Source: Narcine bancroftii
Lineage: Eukaryota
Length of the DNA stretch: 64,000 nt
Direction of reading: 5' to 3'
Assembly (NCBI RefSeq): GCF_036971445.1
Contig: NC_091470.1
Coordinates: forward strand, 190,340,001-190,404,000
Shown here: in pieces, positions 36,085 through 49,084 of the stretch
Layout of the letters: each line of letters begins with the position of its first letter
Position numbering within the stretch: position 1 is the first letter of the stretch
The notes under the pieces: generated by a model
Seen by the model: the letters and a program-made list of their open reading frames with translations, nothing else
Databases searched by the model: none
Told to the model about the DNA's origin: nothing
Position numbers and translations under genes: made by a program

Positions 36085-37095
36085 GGAACACAAAAGGTTG
36101 CAGACGCTGCGACTGCGGTTAGAAGGCTGGGATGTTGGAGGAACTCAGCAGGTCCATCAGCGTCCAGAGGAGGGAAAGATATTTCACCGACATTTAGGAC
36201 CCAAGCCGCCCTTTGTCAAGGCATGAGCAAAAAGCAAGCAGGCACCTGAATTAAAAGGCTGTGGTTGGAGGGAAGATGGAGGAGCACGGGCAGAAGGATA
36301 GGAAAAGTGAGAAATAATTTGTTGGGTGGGGGGGGGGGTGAGGGTGGATCTGTGAATGCAGAACTGGAGGAAAGGAAACATAGGGAAAGGGGAAGAGAGA
36401 GAGATGGAAACCGAAGAAGTTGGAGGGGGCCCAATCGGAAGATGAGGTGATGTTCCTCCAATTTGCGGGTGGTCCCATTTCTAGTCCATGGACAGACATG
36501 TCGGAAAGGGAAATGGGGTGGCGAATTGAAATGGGTGGCCACTGGGAAGTCCATGCTATTGTGGCTGACAGAGCTGAGGTGCTCAGTGAAGCGATCTCCC
36601 AGTTTGCATCCAGCCTCCCCCAATGTAGAGGAGACCATAGCAGGAGCTCCGCATGCAGTGGATGACCCCTGCATCAATGAAGCGATCTCCCAGTCTGTGC
36701 CCAGCCTCCTAACGTAGAGAAGACCACAGCAGGAGCTCTGCATGCAGTGGATGACCCCTGCATCAATGAAGCGATCTCCCAGTCTGTGCCCAGCCTCCTA
36801 ACGTAGAGAAGACCACAGCAGGAGCTCCGCATGCAGTGGATGACCCCTGCATCAATGAAGCGATCTCCCAGTCTGTGCCCAGCCTCCTAATATAGAGAAG
36901 ACCACAGCAGGAGCTCCGCATGCAGTAGGTGACCCCTGTAGATGCACAAGGGAACTGTTGCTTCAGTTGGAAGGTGTGAGTGAAGGACTTGAGGAAAGGG
37001 TCAGGCCTGAAACGTCAGTTCCATATCTTTACCTCCTATGGTCGCCGCGAGGCCAGCTGAGATCCTCCAGCATTCCTGTGTTTTGGCTAATTACG
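36085..37095 (-). mobile_element. Penelope-like element with a four-copy ~89-bp internal tandem repeat (36588-36940)
   Basis: GEAGCKLGDRFTEHL...PVATHFNS...KLEEHHLIFRLG; repeat units start at 36588, 36679, 36768, 36857. Confidence 0.7.
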
Positions 37096-37349
37096 ATGAG
37101 ATTAGGCTGGAATTTGAGCAAATATATTGGGGCTAGATGTTCTCAGGAAAAAGTGGAGATGTGAAGAATGTTTAGGGATCATTTGCAATGGATTCTGGAA
37201 AGGCTTGTCCCACTTAGACAGAAAGAAAGTGGTAGGATAAGGGAACAGTGGTTGACAAAAGAGGTGAGACGGCTCGTTAAGAGGAAGAAGGAAGCACACA
37301 TTAGCTTTAGGAAGCAAAAGTCAGGAAGGGCTCAAGAGAATTATATGGT

Positions 37350-40300
37350 TGTGGTGAACAGCTGAACTGCTGTATCCCTGATTACCTGCTTCCACCCCAT
37401 CCTGTGACTGCACCTGCACCTGTGGCCCCTCCTTCCTTGACCTTGTATAAAAGCCTCTAACACCTTGACCCTTCCCCAGAAAGCCCAGGTCTCAGCCTCT
37501 CGAGATATTTACTGGGCATCAATTATATTCACCATTTTTTTTTGTTTTCATCACCAATAATGGACCAACTCCTGAAACCCGACAAGCTGAAGATCGATCT
37601 GCCTCAGACAGCTTCGAACTCTGGCTTCGCTGTTTCGACGTCTTCCTACAGAACTCAGCCGGCACCATGGCCACTGAAACAAACAGATGGCATCTTCTCT
37701 TCTCCCAGTTCGGACCCGGAGTGTTCCCAATGATCAGGGGCGCCACCACATACTCAAGGGACAATACAGGGAGAACATTAACAAGGAATACGCCAGATAT
37801 GCTGGCTACCCGCAGACAGCGATCGGGTGAATTGGGCAATGGGTTTCTCCAGGCCCTGTGGGGACTCGTGTGGGCATACAACTTCCAGGCAGTATCAGCC
37901 ACCCAAAATATGGAGGTCATGATCCAGGACACTTATGTTACAGGAATCAGGTCTGACTACGTGTGCCAGAGGTTACTCGAGAAGAGTAAGTTTAGACTTG
38001 AAAGGGGTGATTGATTTTGAAAAATCGCTGGAGACAGCCCTCTGCAATGCAGAGACATACTCTGCGAATGGGCCACCCAATGGTCACCATCCTGGGTTGT
38101 GGGCCTACAGGCCATTGGTCCGCTACCACGGTTGATTAATGAGCCCACCGTCTCCCAGGAGCACCCTAAGTGCTACTTCTTCGGCCAGGCAAAACACCCC
38201 CGAAGCCACTGCCACGCTGGAGACGCGATGTGCTCCAAGTGCAAGAAGAAAGGCCACTATGCAAGAGTATGCTGATCACAGCCTTCCAGTCCCAGTGCCA
38301 CCGCTTGCGCAGCATGGCAGCCACCATATTCTGCAGACGACCACGTCGCGATGTGGAGGCCGCTATCTTGGATGCCACCAACTTCTGGGGAGACCTACGC
38401 TGTTGCGTCGGCATCACCATCAGAGATGGCGAGTCAGCGCAGGTCTGACCACAGACCAACCCTGGCCTCAGCGGTGCTGGACCAGAACTTCTCCATCAAC
38501 AACCAGGTGACTGAATTCCTTTTCAATAGCAGGAGAACCGAGAGCTTTATTCATCCTGTCCAGCGTTACTCCCTTGAGGCTAAACCGGTCACCTACAAAG
38601 TCACACTAGCCTCAAAGTCTCATTCCACAGAAATCCACAGTTACACTCCAGTAATTCCGACCGTACGGGGCACGACATATAGAGACTTTAAACTCCTCGT
38701 TATGCCGCAGCTCTGCACACCAGTACAGTTGGAGCTTGACTTCCAGTGCCACTTAAAGGGTCTCACAATGCAATATGACAGCCCTCTCCCACCCGTTATG
38801 GTCAGTGCACTTCCTCAATGAACCACTCTGCCCTCCCCTCACCCCATCCCTCACCCACTGGTCCAACCGACCCTCTGCCTCGACCTTCCCCGTCACTGTT
38901 CGCCAACCTCATCCCCAACTGTAAGCAAGTCGCCACAAAAATCAGGCGATACAGTGAGGAGGACAAGGTGTTTATAAAGGCGGAGATATGACGACTCTTG
39001 GACAAGGGAATTATTGAGGCCAGCACCAGTCCCTGTAGAGCTCAGGTAGTGGTTGTCAAGACAACAAGTAAACACAGATTGGAGATAAGCCATAATCAAA
39101 ATATTAGCTGCTAGATGCAGCTGGATGCGTACCCCCTCCCTCGCATCATGGATATGGTTAACCAAATCGCCCAGTATCGTGTGTTCTCCACAATATACCT
39201 GAAATCCATCTATCACTCCCCATCTGCCCTGAGGATCATCAGTACACAGCTTTTGAGGAAGACAGTCGGCTTTACCAGTTTCTCAGCATCCCCTTCAGTG
39301 TCACCAATGGCGTTTCCATCTTCCAATGGGAGACGAACCGGACGATAGACCAAAATAACCTGCACATCACCTTTCCATATCTGGATAATGTCATGATCTG
39401 TGGCCATGACTTGCCATGATGCGGACCTCCAGAAATTCCTCATCACTGCCAAATGCCTGAACCTGACCTAGAATGTGTTTTCCGCCCTACATGACTGGTG
39501 ATCCTTGGGTGCGTCGTGTAGAATGGGGTCATTGGCCTCTGCTAGACCCCCCCCCTTCCCCACTCCCTCAAGGCCTTGAAAAGGTGCCTGGGGTTCTTAA
39601 CCCCAGTGGGTTCTAAATTATGCAGATAAAGCCCATCCCCTTATCAGGTCCACTTCCTTCCCCTTTACAAATTAACCACAGGCAGCCTTCTGCCGCATAA
39701 AGGAGGACAAAAATGGATGAATCTGCCCCCTTCCAGGTGGAGAACGATGCATCCGATTTCACCCTGGCCTCCACCCTCAATCAGACAGGCCGCCCTATTG
39801 TCTTTTACTCCCACACCATCCAGGGCCCTGAAGTCCGATACTCCTCTATCGGAGAAGGAGGCTCAGGTGATAGTTGAGGCAGTATGAAACTGGAGGCACT
39901 ACCTGGTCGGCAGTAGTTTTTCCCTGCTCACGGACCAATGGGCTGTGGCATTCATGTTCAACAATAAACAGTGGGGTAAGATAAAAAATGATAAAATTTT
40001 GAGGTGGAGGATCGAACTCTCCCAGCTCGAATGATGACATTCTGTATTGGCTGGTGAGGTTAAACAAGTTCTCACATGCCCTGTTACAAGGGACATGTGC
40101 CAGCACACAGGTGGATCACCTGAAAGCCCTTCACAAGGACCTCTTCCGCCCCAGTGTCACGAGAACTTTTCACTTTATCAAATCTCGAAATCTGCTATAC
40201 TTCACTGGGGATGTCAGAGACATGGCCAGCGACTGCAAGGTCTGTGTGGAGTGCAAGCTGCACATCTACCAACTGGACAGGGAGCACCTGATAAAAGCTC

Positions 40301-41423
40301 CTTTGAGTACCTGAGCATGAACTTCAAGGGCCCCCTTCCTTCCACCAACCGCAATATATACTTCCTCAAGGTCATGAATGAGTATTCGTGGTTCCCCTTT
40401 GCCAGCCCCTGCCCTGACATGACAACCGTCACAGTCATTGAGGCCCCGCACAACCTGTTCATCCCGTTTGGGTACCCGTCGTACATCCACAATGACCGGG
40501 AGGCCCTCGTTTATGAGTGATGAGCTGCGCCATTTCCTGCTGGCTAGGTGTATTGCCACCAGCAGAACCACGAGTTATAACCCCGGGGGAATGGTCAGGT
40601 AGAGAGAAAGAATGGCACCGTGTGGAAGGCCATCCTCCTTGCCCTAAAGTCCAGGGGACCACCTGTCTTTCACTGGCAGGAGGTCCTTCCAGAGGCGCTC
40701 CACGCCACTCAAATTATTCTGTGTACCGGCACTAACACTACCCCTCACAAAAGAATTTTTTCCTTCCCCAGGAAGTCCGCGTCAGGGACCACCGTACCCT
40801 CCTGGCTCCAGGGCCAGTCCTGCTATCAAAACACATGAAGGGCCATAAAACCAACCCCTGTTCGAATGGGTTCAGCTCCTCCACGCGAATCCCCAGTATC
40901 CCCAGCCTCCATCTGGGACCTCACGCACGCAGGGACCCCAGAGGAACATACTCATCAAGCAGCACCCCCCCCCTTATTCCACAGATATGCAATATGCACC
41001 CTTGTACTCTCTCCCCCCCATCCTAGACCAGAGCCATCATGCCCCCAGCAGGTCAACACAGGGCTAGAGGTCCGGGATGAAACAGCGGCCCTGGCTGCAA
41101 CCCAACAACCGGTGCTCCGCCGGTCGGTATGGAAGATCAAGCCACTGTACCGGCTTTGTGACCACGTCATCCCATAGACAATAAAAAAAAGTACAAGGGG
41201 TGAATGTGGTGAACTTCTGTATTCCTGATGACCTGATTCCACCCCGACCTGTGATTTGACCTGTGGCCCCTCCCTCTTTTAACCTTCTATAAAGCCTCTA
41301 ACACCCCGGCCCTTCCCCAGAAAGCCCGGGTCACGGCACAGGATGAGGTCCTTGTCCATTGTGAACAAAAGCCTGTAGATCAGTGACTCAATCTTAGCCT
41401 CTCGAGTTATTTACTGTGCGTTA
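37350..41423 (+). mobile_element. Near-full-length but degraded Gypsy/Ty3 LTR retrotransposon inserted in a CR1 (~37120-37349 / 41424-41830)
   Basis: LTRs 37350-37521 and 41205-41423; ATGGT/ATGGA flanks; CSKCKKKGHYARVC knuckle; LDAYPLPRI and FPYLDNV (RT); FQVENDASD (RNase H); MNFKGPLP (IN); PPT AAGGGGTGAA. Confidence 0.9.
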
Positions 41424-42341
41424 ATGGAAGAAAGGACAAGAGAGCAAGAGGGGTTCAGTAAAACCCCAAAGCATTCTATGAAGGATGACTAGAGTGAAGG
41501 TAGGGCTACTTAAGAATAAAGGAGACAATCTGTGCCTGGAGGTAGGGGAGGTTCTAAATCAATACTTTGCTTCATCAGGGAGAGGTCAATGTGAGGTCAG
41601 TTTAGAACAGGCTTGTGTGTTGGAGCATGTTGAGGTTAAGAAAGAAGAAGCACTGGATCTTCTTCAAGACATTCAGACTGAATACTTCCCAGGATCTGGC
41701 AATGATCATTGTCTCCTCCCTGGCTACAGGGGAGGTACCGGAGGATTGGAGAATGGCAAATGCAGTCCCGGTATTTAAAACAAATGTAATAAGGAGAATC
41801 CTGGGAATGATAGGCCCGTGAGTCTCAAGTTTAAATCAAGATCAAGTTCAAATTATTGTCAGAATATATACATGATATCACATACAGCCCTGAGATTCTT
41901 TTACTGTGGGCCAAGCAGTTATTGGTCATGTAAACTGTACTCAATAGCAAGACATGTGCACAAAAGTTAGAGATGTGAACAAACTGATGGTGCAATCCAG
42001 AAAAAAATATATTTGGTAATAAATATTGTGCAAAGTAGAGTCTCTAATTGAGCTTGTTGTTTAAGAGTCTGATGGTGGACAGGTAGGAACTATTCTTTAT
42101 TCAATTCTGGAAGTGGGGTAATCCAGCATCCAATTATCCAGTGGGGTGTTGTGGGTCACTGTGACCAGATCCCTATTGACTGTGGAACAGAAAACAGAAC
42201 ATCTTAAAGGCAAGCAGTATACCCTGTGGTGCCGGGATTTTCTGCAATGTAAACTCCCTGCGGGGATCCACCTAATCGACGTGGTGGCTCCAAAGGGAAA
42301 AAAAATAAGGTGCTGAAGGAGTCACAGAGCTTCAGAAAATA

Positions 42342-43190
42342 CACTGGACAACAAACTTTTTCAAAAGGTTTGCTTCCTGAAAATAAATTGGGTATTATGA
42401 TGGACAACTTAGAGCTGAACACAAAGATAATTTCAGATTTGCCGTATCACATAGGAAATTTTTTTATATTAGCATACATGACGGTAACAGGCCATTTTGG
42501 TCCACAGGTCTGTGCCACCCAATTTACACCCAATTAACCTACACCCCCCAGTACATTTCAAACAGTGGGAGGAAACCAGAGGTCCCAGGGAAAATCCATG
42601 CAGTCACAATAAGAATGCACAAACTCCATACAGACAGCACGGGATTCGAACCCAAGTCCTGAAGGCTGACCTATAAAGGCAATGCACTATTCACTGACAA
42701 TTCTTGCCGGAAGTTGGAGAAACTTTAAATGAACCTTTATTGAATTTAGCATATTCAGTCTCATAATAATCACGTTAATTCAACTGACACAAAAATGCTT
42801 TGCAGCTGATTTTTGTTTGTACTCAGCATCTGATGCTTCTCATGTCAGTGTCCAACAATAATCGGCCAGCACTGATGGATTCCAGTTGCCCTGATACCAC
42901 TTTTCCTTGGTCGCAATATCCTGGTGAAACCTTTCGCCATGTTAGTCACTGAAAGCAGGGAAGACGTCCAAGTGCAAAAGCAGAAAATGAATTTTCAATG
43001 ACGTGTTGCACTTTATGGTTTTGTATGCTTGAAGTAGATTTAAAATATGACAGGAAATCCCAAAAGTTGGTTATATCTAAACAACAATGCTTGATAGGAA
43101 ATTTTTAAGGTGATTTTTGTGATCAGCAACCCAAAAATCCATAAAATACACCCAAAAGTATTCAGGAAACAAAATCTTAGTTGTCCAGTG
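42342..43190 (-). mobile_element. Nonautonomous Chapaev-type DNA transposon (contains a SINE)
   Basis: 11-bp perfect TIR CACTGGACAAC/GTTGTCCAGTG, ATA/TTA flanks, transposase relic HGERFHQDI...KWYQGNWN. Confidence 0.7.
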
Positions 43191-43569
43191 TTATTCATTT
43201 ATTCGATATGAATGATGTTGATCTTCACAGTTCTGCACCCAAGGTTGTTCAACAAGAAACTCCAGAGGTAGGGAATGTTGACTGAGACCCAGAGGACTGT
43301 TTGCTTTACCCTATCCATTGCACACTGCTTTTTCCGCCTGTTCCGCAGATCCAGGCAAGGCGGGGTGTCTTGAGGGGGAAATGGTGTCGCGTAGAGAAGC
43401 TTGATATGGAAAGGGAAGGGGAATGGAGAGCAACACATAGGGAATTGAACGATGGGCTTGGGAGTGAAACCTGTGGTGAAATCGTAGTTAGACTGTGTTG
43501 AAAGGTCTGCCATTCAGCAGGTGTTTGTCTGGACAGAAGAATCTCAATCATAAGGTTGGCACGACACTA

Positions 43570-44235
43570 GGCGCTTTCAAACTGCCTTGTAAAATGGGGT
43601 TAACTGGGCAATTTGCCCAGATAGTGCCCCACTCACAAGGCAGCTTGAAAGGATCCGACCCAGTCAACTAGCTCCATAATCAACCAGGTCCCTGCCCTAC
43701 CTCGGAGGTAGTCAGCGAACCCAGTTACACTTACCTAGGTCTCGCCCACCGGCGGCTTGAAAACAAAAATGGCCGACCCAGTTACTCCTGTGATGTCACA
43801 GGAAAACCCCAGCTGAAGTGTCTGTCATAATCAGAGGGGAGAGAGGAGTCGCTGCCACGTTGGGGGGAGCACAATTGGGGGTAGTGAGATCGGTGACTTG
43901 AGGAGGAGAGGTCACTGCCATGGTGGGGGAAGGAGGGAGAACCATGCTACAATCGATGGGGGGGGGGGGTCGGAGGGATCAGCTGCTGCGGGGGGAGAGG
44001 AGTGGGGTTGGGGGGCGACTGACTGCCGTTGTGGGGGGCGGAGAGATTTACCAATAGTTCCCCTGAGTGTGTGACGTGGCACTTACTGTGCCATCATGGG
44101 GATGGGATCCCCCTTAAATTGCCGGGTTGGCGATTTAATGAGTCCATCCCCCTGCAGCTTAAAAGGTGCTGGAAGCACCTTTGCCCCACTAATTGCAGCA
44201 GGAGGGTTACCCAGATACTGCAACTTAAAAACACC
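43570..44235. mobile_element. Possible PIF/Harbinger-like MITE
   Basis: Imperfect TIR GGCGCTTTCAAACTGC / GCAACTTAAAAACACC with internal CAGCTTGAAA-like repeats. Confidence 0.35.
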
Positions 44236-45649
44236 TATTATTACAGTGCCAGTGACCCAGATTGGAATCCAGCACTGTCTGTAAGGACTCTGTATGTTCT
44301 CCCTGTGACCTACGTGGGTTTCCGCTGGTTTGTTCTGGTTTCCTTCCTTCCTTCCTTCAAACTGTACAGGGGCTGTAAATTCATTGGGATATTTGAGCAG
44401 CATGGAAGGGCCTGTTATGGTGCTGCACATCTACATTTAAATTAAATACATTTAAATAAATGTGAGGTGTTTTGCTGTGTGAAACAAAACTGTGCATTGT
44501 TGATCAGGAATGTGTTCATCAGCCTGGGGCTATCATGACTGGGGAGGGGCAGAATTCCATTTACATGACAGCTTTGCAATAAAATATCTCCTTTCCCAGC
44601 ATTAGGGTTCCTCGTGATACAAATACACAGCTCTGAAATAATTTCAAACAGGAATCAAACATAATTTTATTTTGAAACAATCTCCCCTGGAGGCTTTCTC
44701 CACCGAGAGATTAAAAACTCAAGGGGGAGGGTTAAGGGTGAAAGGGAAAATGTTTAAAAGGAACATTTAGCGGGAGTGGTATGGGATGTGGAATGAGCTG
44801 CCAGCTGAAGTGGTGAATGCAGGCTCAATTTTAATTTTTTAAAATTTAGACATACAGCACGGTAACAGGCCCTTCTGGTCCACGAGCCCAATTACACCAA
44901 TTAACCGGTAACCCTCATACATTTTGAAGGGTGCGAGGAACTGCTCACGCACTCAGGAGAACTATCGGTAAGTCTTCCCCACCCTCGCCCCCCCCAACCA
45001 GCTGTCAGTCGTCCCGACCCCACTCCTCTCCCTCCCGCTGCAGTCAACCCCTCCGCCCCCATGGCAGCCGACCCCTCCGCCCCATGGCAGCTGACCCACG
45101 CCCCCCCCCCCCCCGATAACCATTCAAGACTCTCAGATTCATGAAACAAAATTGATTGGTTTATTTGTAGAGATGAAATACTTGTCCTGAATGTATATCG
45201 TTTGTCTGTCTATACATGTGTTATATCTGGTTGTGTGTCGGCATGTTTTGCACCGAGGACCAGAGAACGTTGTTTTTTAGGGTTGTGCAATCAAATGACA
45301 ATAAACTTTACTTGATTTGAAACCAGAGCACCCGAAGGAAACCCACACATACATAAGGAGAACGTACAAATTCCTTACAGTGCTGGATACGAACCTGGGT
45401 CACTGGTGCTGTAATAGCGCTGCACTAAGTTTAGACATGAAAGAAAAGTTTGGACAGGTACATGGATGGGGGGAATGGTGGCTGAGGTATAAAGGGTGAT
45501 AGTCTGGGTACAGGTTGGTGGAACTAGTTCAACACAGACCAGCTGGGTCTGTTTCTGTGCTGTAGTGTTCTACAATTCTATGCACCTTATCCGGTGCCAT
45601 CATTTCTCCGTATTTCACCTAATGTGCTCCGTCTTTACTTGGTGGGCAG

Positions 45650-45735
45650 GAGTTAGTCGGCCTTATGAGGTGTTTCGAGCTGATCCCATTATGGGCCTGA
45701 TGGTGGTGCTGGCAGTGGTGATTGGAGCAGCGTAG
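45650..45735 (+). CDS. MHC class I-like heavy chain, exon 5 (connecting peptide plus hydrophobic segment, ends TAG)
   Basis: GGCAG acceptor, phase 1; GVSRPYEVFRADPIMGLMVVLAVVIGAA*; the only TM-like non-repeat segment I found downstream of alpha3. Confidence 0.65.
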
Positions 45736-46948
45736 AGGACAGGAGAGGCAAGGTGGGTAAGCAGGTGACTCCCTGTGCTGAAACCACTTGATGTGACAAC
45801 ACAGCTCTTCCCTTTTCCCCTTCCCAGCTGAGCATTCGGTCCAAACCCCAAGCTCTCTATCCTCTGCCTGCTGTGGTAGTGATGAGTGGCTGTGTCCCTT
45901 AGTATTGCCCCCAGCACAGTAACGGGTTGAATGAATCTTTGCTGTATTATCTCTTCCCATTGCTTTAACTTCCTGACACATTTCACTCAGGATTTAGGTT
46001 CCCATCCCACGTTCGCCTATCAATTGCCAGCCTGTGCTCCCTTAATTCCCCGTCCTTTCTTTCAGACATCTGCTATTCCTGTTGAAACATCGACTGTCTT
46101 TCACCTTCCCCGGGTGTTGCCTTGAGCCACTTTGAGTTCCCCCAGCACTTTGTGTTTTCTCCAGTTTTCCAAAATCAGCCGCCTCTCTCATTTACCTACA
46201 TTTTAGTGTGGTGGAATGTTCTAGTCCCTTATCTTTACTTCAGATGAGTGGCTCTACCCAATCCTCATTGGAAATTGAACTCTATGCATGGTGTGGTGTG
46301 ATCATGGAGTAGGTTTTATAGGAGGGGTGGCCAGGGTGGGAGAGCTGAGGACGAGAGGGCACAACATTCAGGATCCAAAGGCATCCACTTAGAACAGAGA
46401 CGTGGAGGATTTTCTTCAGCCAGAGGGTGGTGAATCCATGGAATCAGTTGCCACAGGCAAGTTGTGGAGGTCAGGTCATTGGATGCATTTAGGGGAGAGA
46501 TCGATGGGTTCTCGAATAGTCGGGGTATCAAAGGTTATGGAGAAAAGGCCGGGCAGTGGGGCTGTGGGAAAATAGATCAGCTCATGATTAAAATGGTGGG
46601 GCATGCTCGATGGACTGAATGGCCTATTTCTACTTCTATGCCTTGTGGCCTTTGGAAGTGCTGAGGAAGCACTGAGTCTGCAGAAGGACCGAGAGAGGTT
46701 TGCAGCATGGCCAAGGAAATGGCAGATGGGGCGCAGTGCAGACAAGTGTATGATCGTGCTCTTTGGTGCTGGAGAAACTCAGCGGGTGGCGCAGCATCTA
46801 CAGGACGAGGTTCTGGGCCTGAGCCCTTCATCCAGGTATGAGCAGAAAGTGGGCAGTCACCCGGATTTAAAAAAAGTGAGGAGGAGAGGAGAGGAGGGAG
46901 GAAGGGTGGAGGGAAGAGGACAGGTGTGGGTGAATACAGGGTGGGAGG

Positions 46949-48395
46949 CATTGCTCCCACTAAGCTGTGTGTATGTGCACGCAACCAGCGCACAAAGGAA
47001 ATTAAGGTGAGCACAAAAGGTTCGGTTTTTTTGGAAAATTTTATTTATCATTCGTATCGATACAAAATAAAAGTTCAATAATATAGTAACTTAATAAACC
47101 ACACAAAATGATACAATAATTTTTAAATTTTCTCCCCAACTCCTCTCCCCAACAAAAGGAAGAAAAAAAGAAGAGAACACCTACTTCTACATATATATTC
47201 ATTGACTTTTTTTTAATAATTACTTGGTGAGAAGGGTGGGCAAAGTGGAGGGTGTGGATGGACTTTTATTCATAAAATGCATCTATCGTTCCCAAATTTT
47301 ATAAAAATTTCCAATTCGATTCCTTAAACTATATGTAAAGGGGTATGATTTTGCATTTCAATCTGCCATCTGTCTATTTTTACCAAATTCTCCATTTTCC
47401 ACGTTACTGCTATACATTTCTTTGCTGCCACTATGGCTATATTTAACATTTTTTCTTGATATTTATCCAATTTCAATTTTATATCTTCTTCATATATATT
47501 CCCAAGCAAAAATATTCTTGGATCTTTTTGTATATTTATCTTCATAATTTGTCCTAACAATACACTCAAATCTTTCCAAATTTGTTCCACTTTCACACAG
47601 GACCATCCCAAATGTAAAACAGTCCTTGTTACATCGGAAACACTTATCCAGATAATTAGAAGCAAGTCCATTAAATTTATGTGGAGTATAATATAATTGA
47701 GGGAGAAAATTATCTTGAACCATTTGAAATCTAGCATTAACTGTGTTTGTAACACACTTTTGACACAATTTTGACCATATTTCCTCTTGGATTTGTATAT
47801 TTAAATCTTTCTCCCATCGCAATTTTTATTTATATAAATCTTCTTTTAGTTTCTGGTCATTTTATATACATATTGGCAATAAATTTCTTGATAATATTAT
47901 ACCTTTTATACCTTCAAATTTACTTTGTTCCGGGAGTCTGTTCTTAATTTCTTTTTTAAATATAATTTTAATTGATATATGCAAAAATTGTATTATTTTG
48001 TATATTAGATTTATCTTTTAATTGCTCAAAAGTTTTAAAAAATTCCCAAAAAACAATCTTTTATCCTCTGTATACCTTTCCTATCTTACAAAAGGTTAGT
48101 GACCTAAAATAATGTCATAATTAATAATTACACTTATTGAAAATAATCTCTGAGCTGTTTCTGTCAATTAGTTTGTCGGTTAGACAAGTAGTTCATCATA
48201 CTTGTGTGATATTAAAACATGCCAATACAGTTTGGTTAGCTATGAGAAATGGGCTGGGCCAAAATGATCTTGAAACAATTCCAAGTTTACATTTGCCCAA
48301 GCATTCAGTGTGCACATGCTTTCGACACAGGAAAGAAATGTGCACAACATAAGATTTTCATGCACACCAACCACTAAAAATTAGAGGGAATATTG
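46949..48395. mobile_element. hAT-type MITE with 8-bp TSD, split by an L1
   Basis: TSD GTGGGAGG (46941-46948 / 48396-48403); ends CATTGCTCCCACTAA / TTAGAGGGAATATTG. Confidence 0.75.
47023..48087 (-). mobile_element. 5'-truncated L1 (ORF2 C-terminus plus 3' UTR)
   Basis: RWEKDLNIQI...LYYTP...CFRC; TSD ACAAAAGGTT (47013-47022 / 48088-48097). Confidence 0.85.
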
Positions 48396-49084
48396 GTGGG
48401 AGGGTAGAAGAGAAAAAGGCTGAGAAGTGATAGGGAGAGGGGGTAGCTCTCTGAGTGGAGGAGTGGGGGCGGGTGGGGAGCTGGAGTAAAAGAGACGGAG
48501 GAGTAGGGAAAAAGAGAGACACAGGGGACGGGTTACAGCATGTTTAACTCCATAAAGGTGCAGACTATTAACTAAATGAGTAAGGAGTTCAGAAATCAAA
48601 GGAGCAGAGAAACTTGCGTATGATTCCCTCTAGGTTAACCCAGGTAGAGTTGGTAGTAAGGAAGGCAATGCAATGCTGGTATTAATTTCACAAAGGATAG
48701 AATACACAACCAGAGATGAGCTGTTGAGGCTTGATAAGGCATTGGTCAGACTGCATTTGGTGTACTGTGAGCAGTCCTGGGATAAGGAAGGATGTGTCCG
48801 CATTAAAGAGAATCCAGAGGAGGTTCACCGGAATGATTCCCGGATGGATAAACTTTAGCAGATAGATCATAGAACAGAGAACATTACAGGCCCTTTAGCC
48901 CACAATGTTGTGCTGGCCTATAAATATCAACCAAAAAAAAAACCCAAAGCATTCCCTCCCTCATAACCCTCTATTTTTTTCCATCCACATGCCTGTCCAA
49001 GAGTCTCTGAAATGCCCCTCATATTGCAGCCTCCACCACCACCCCTGGCAAGGCATTCCAGACACTTTCTGAATTTCAGTTAGA

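Noticed and set aside
43231-43267. Candidate 37-nt connecting-peptide exon (CACAG...GAG|GTAGGG)
   Set aside because: Its length breaks the phase-1 frame and leads to an immediate stop in the next exon.
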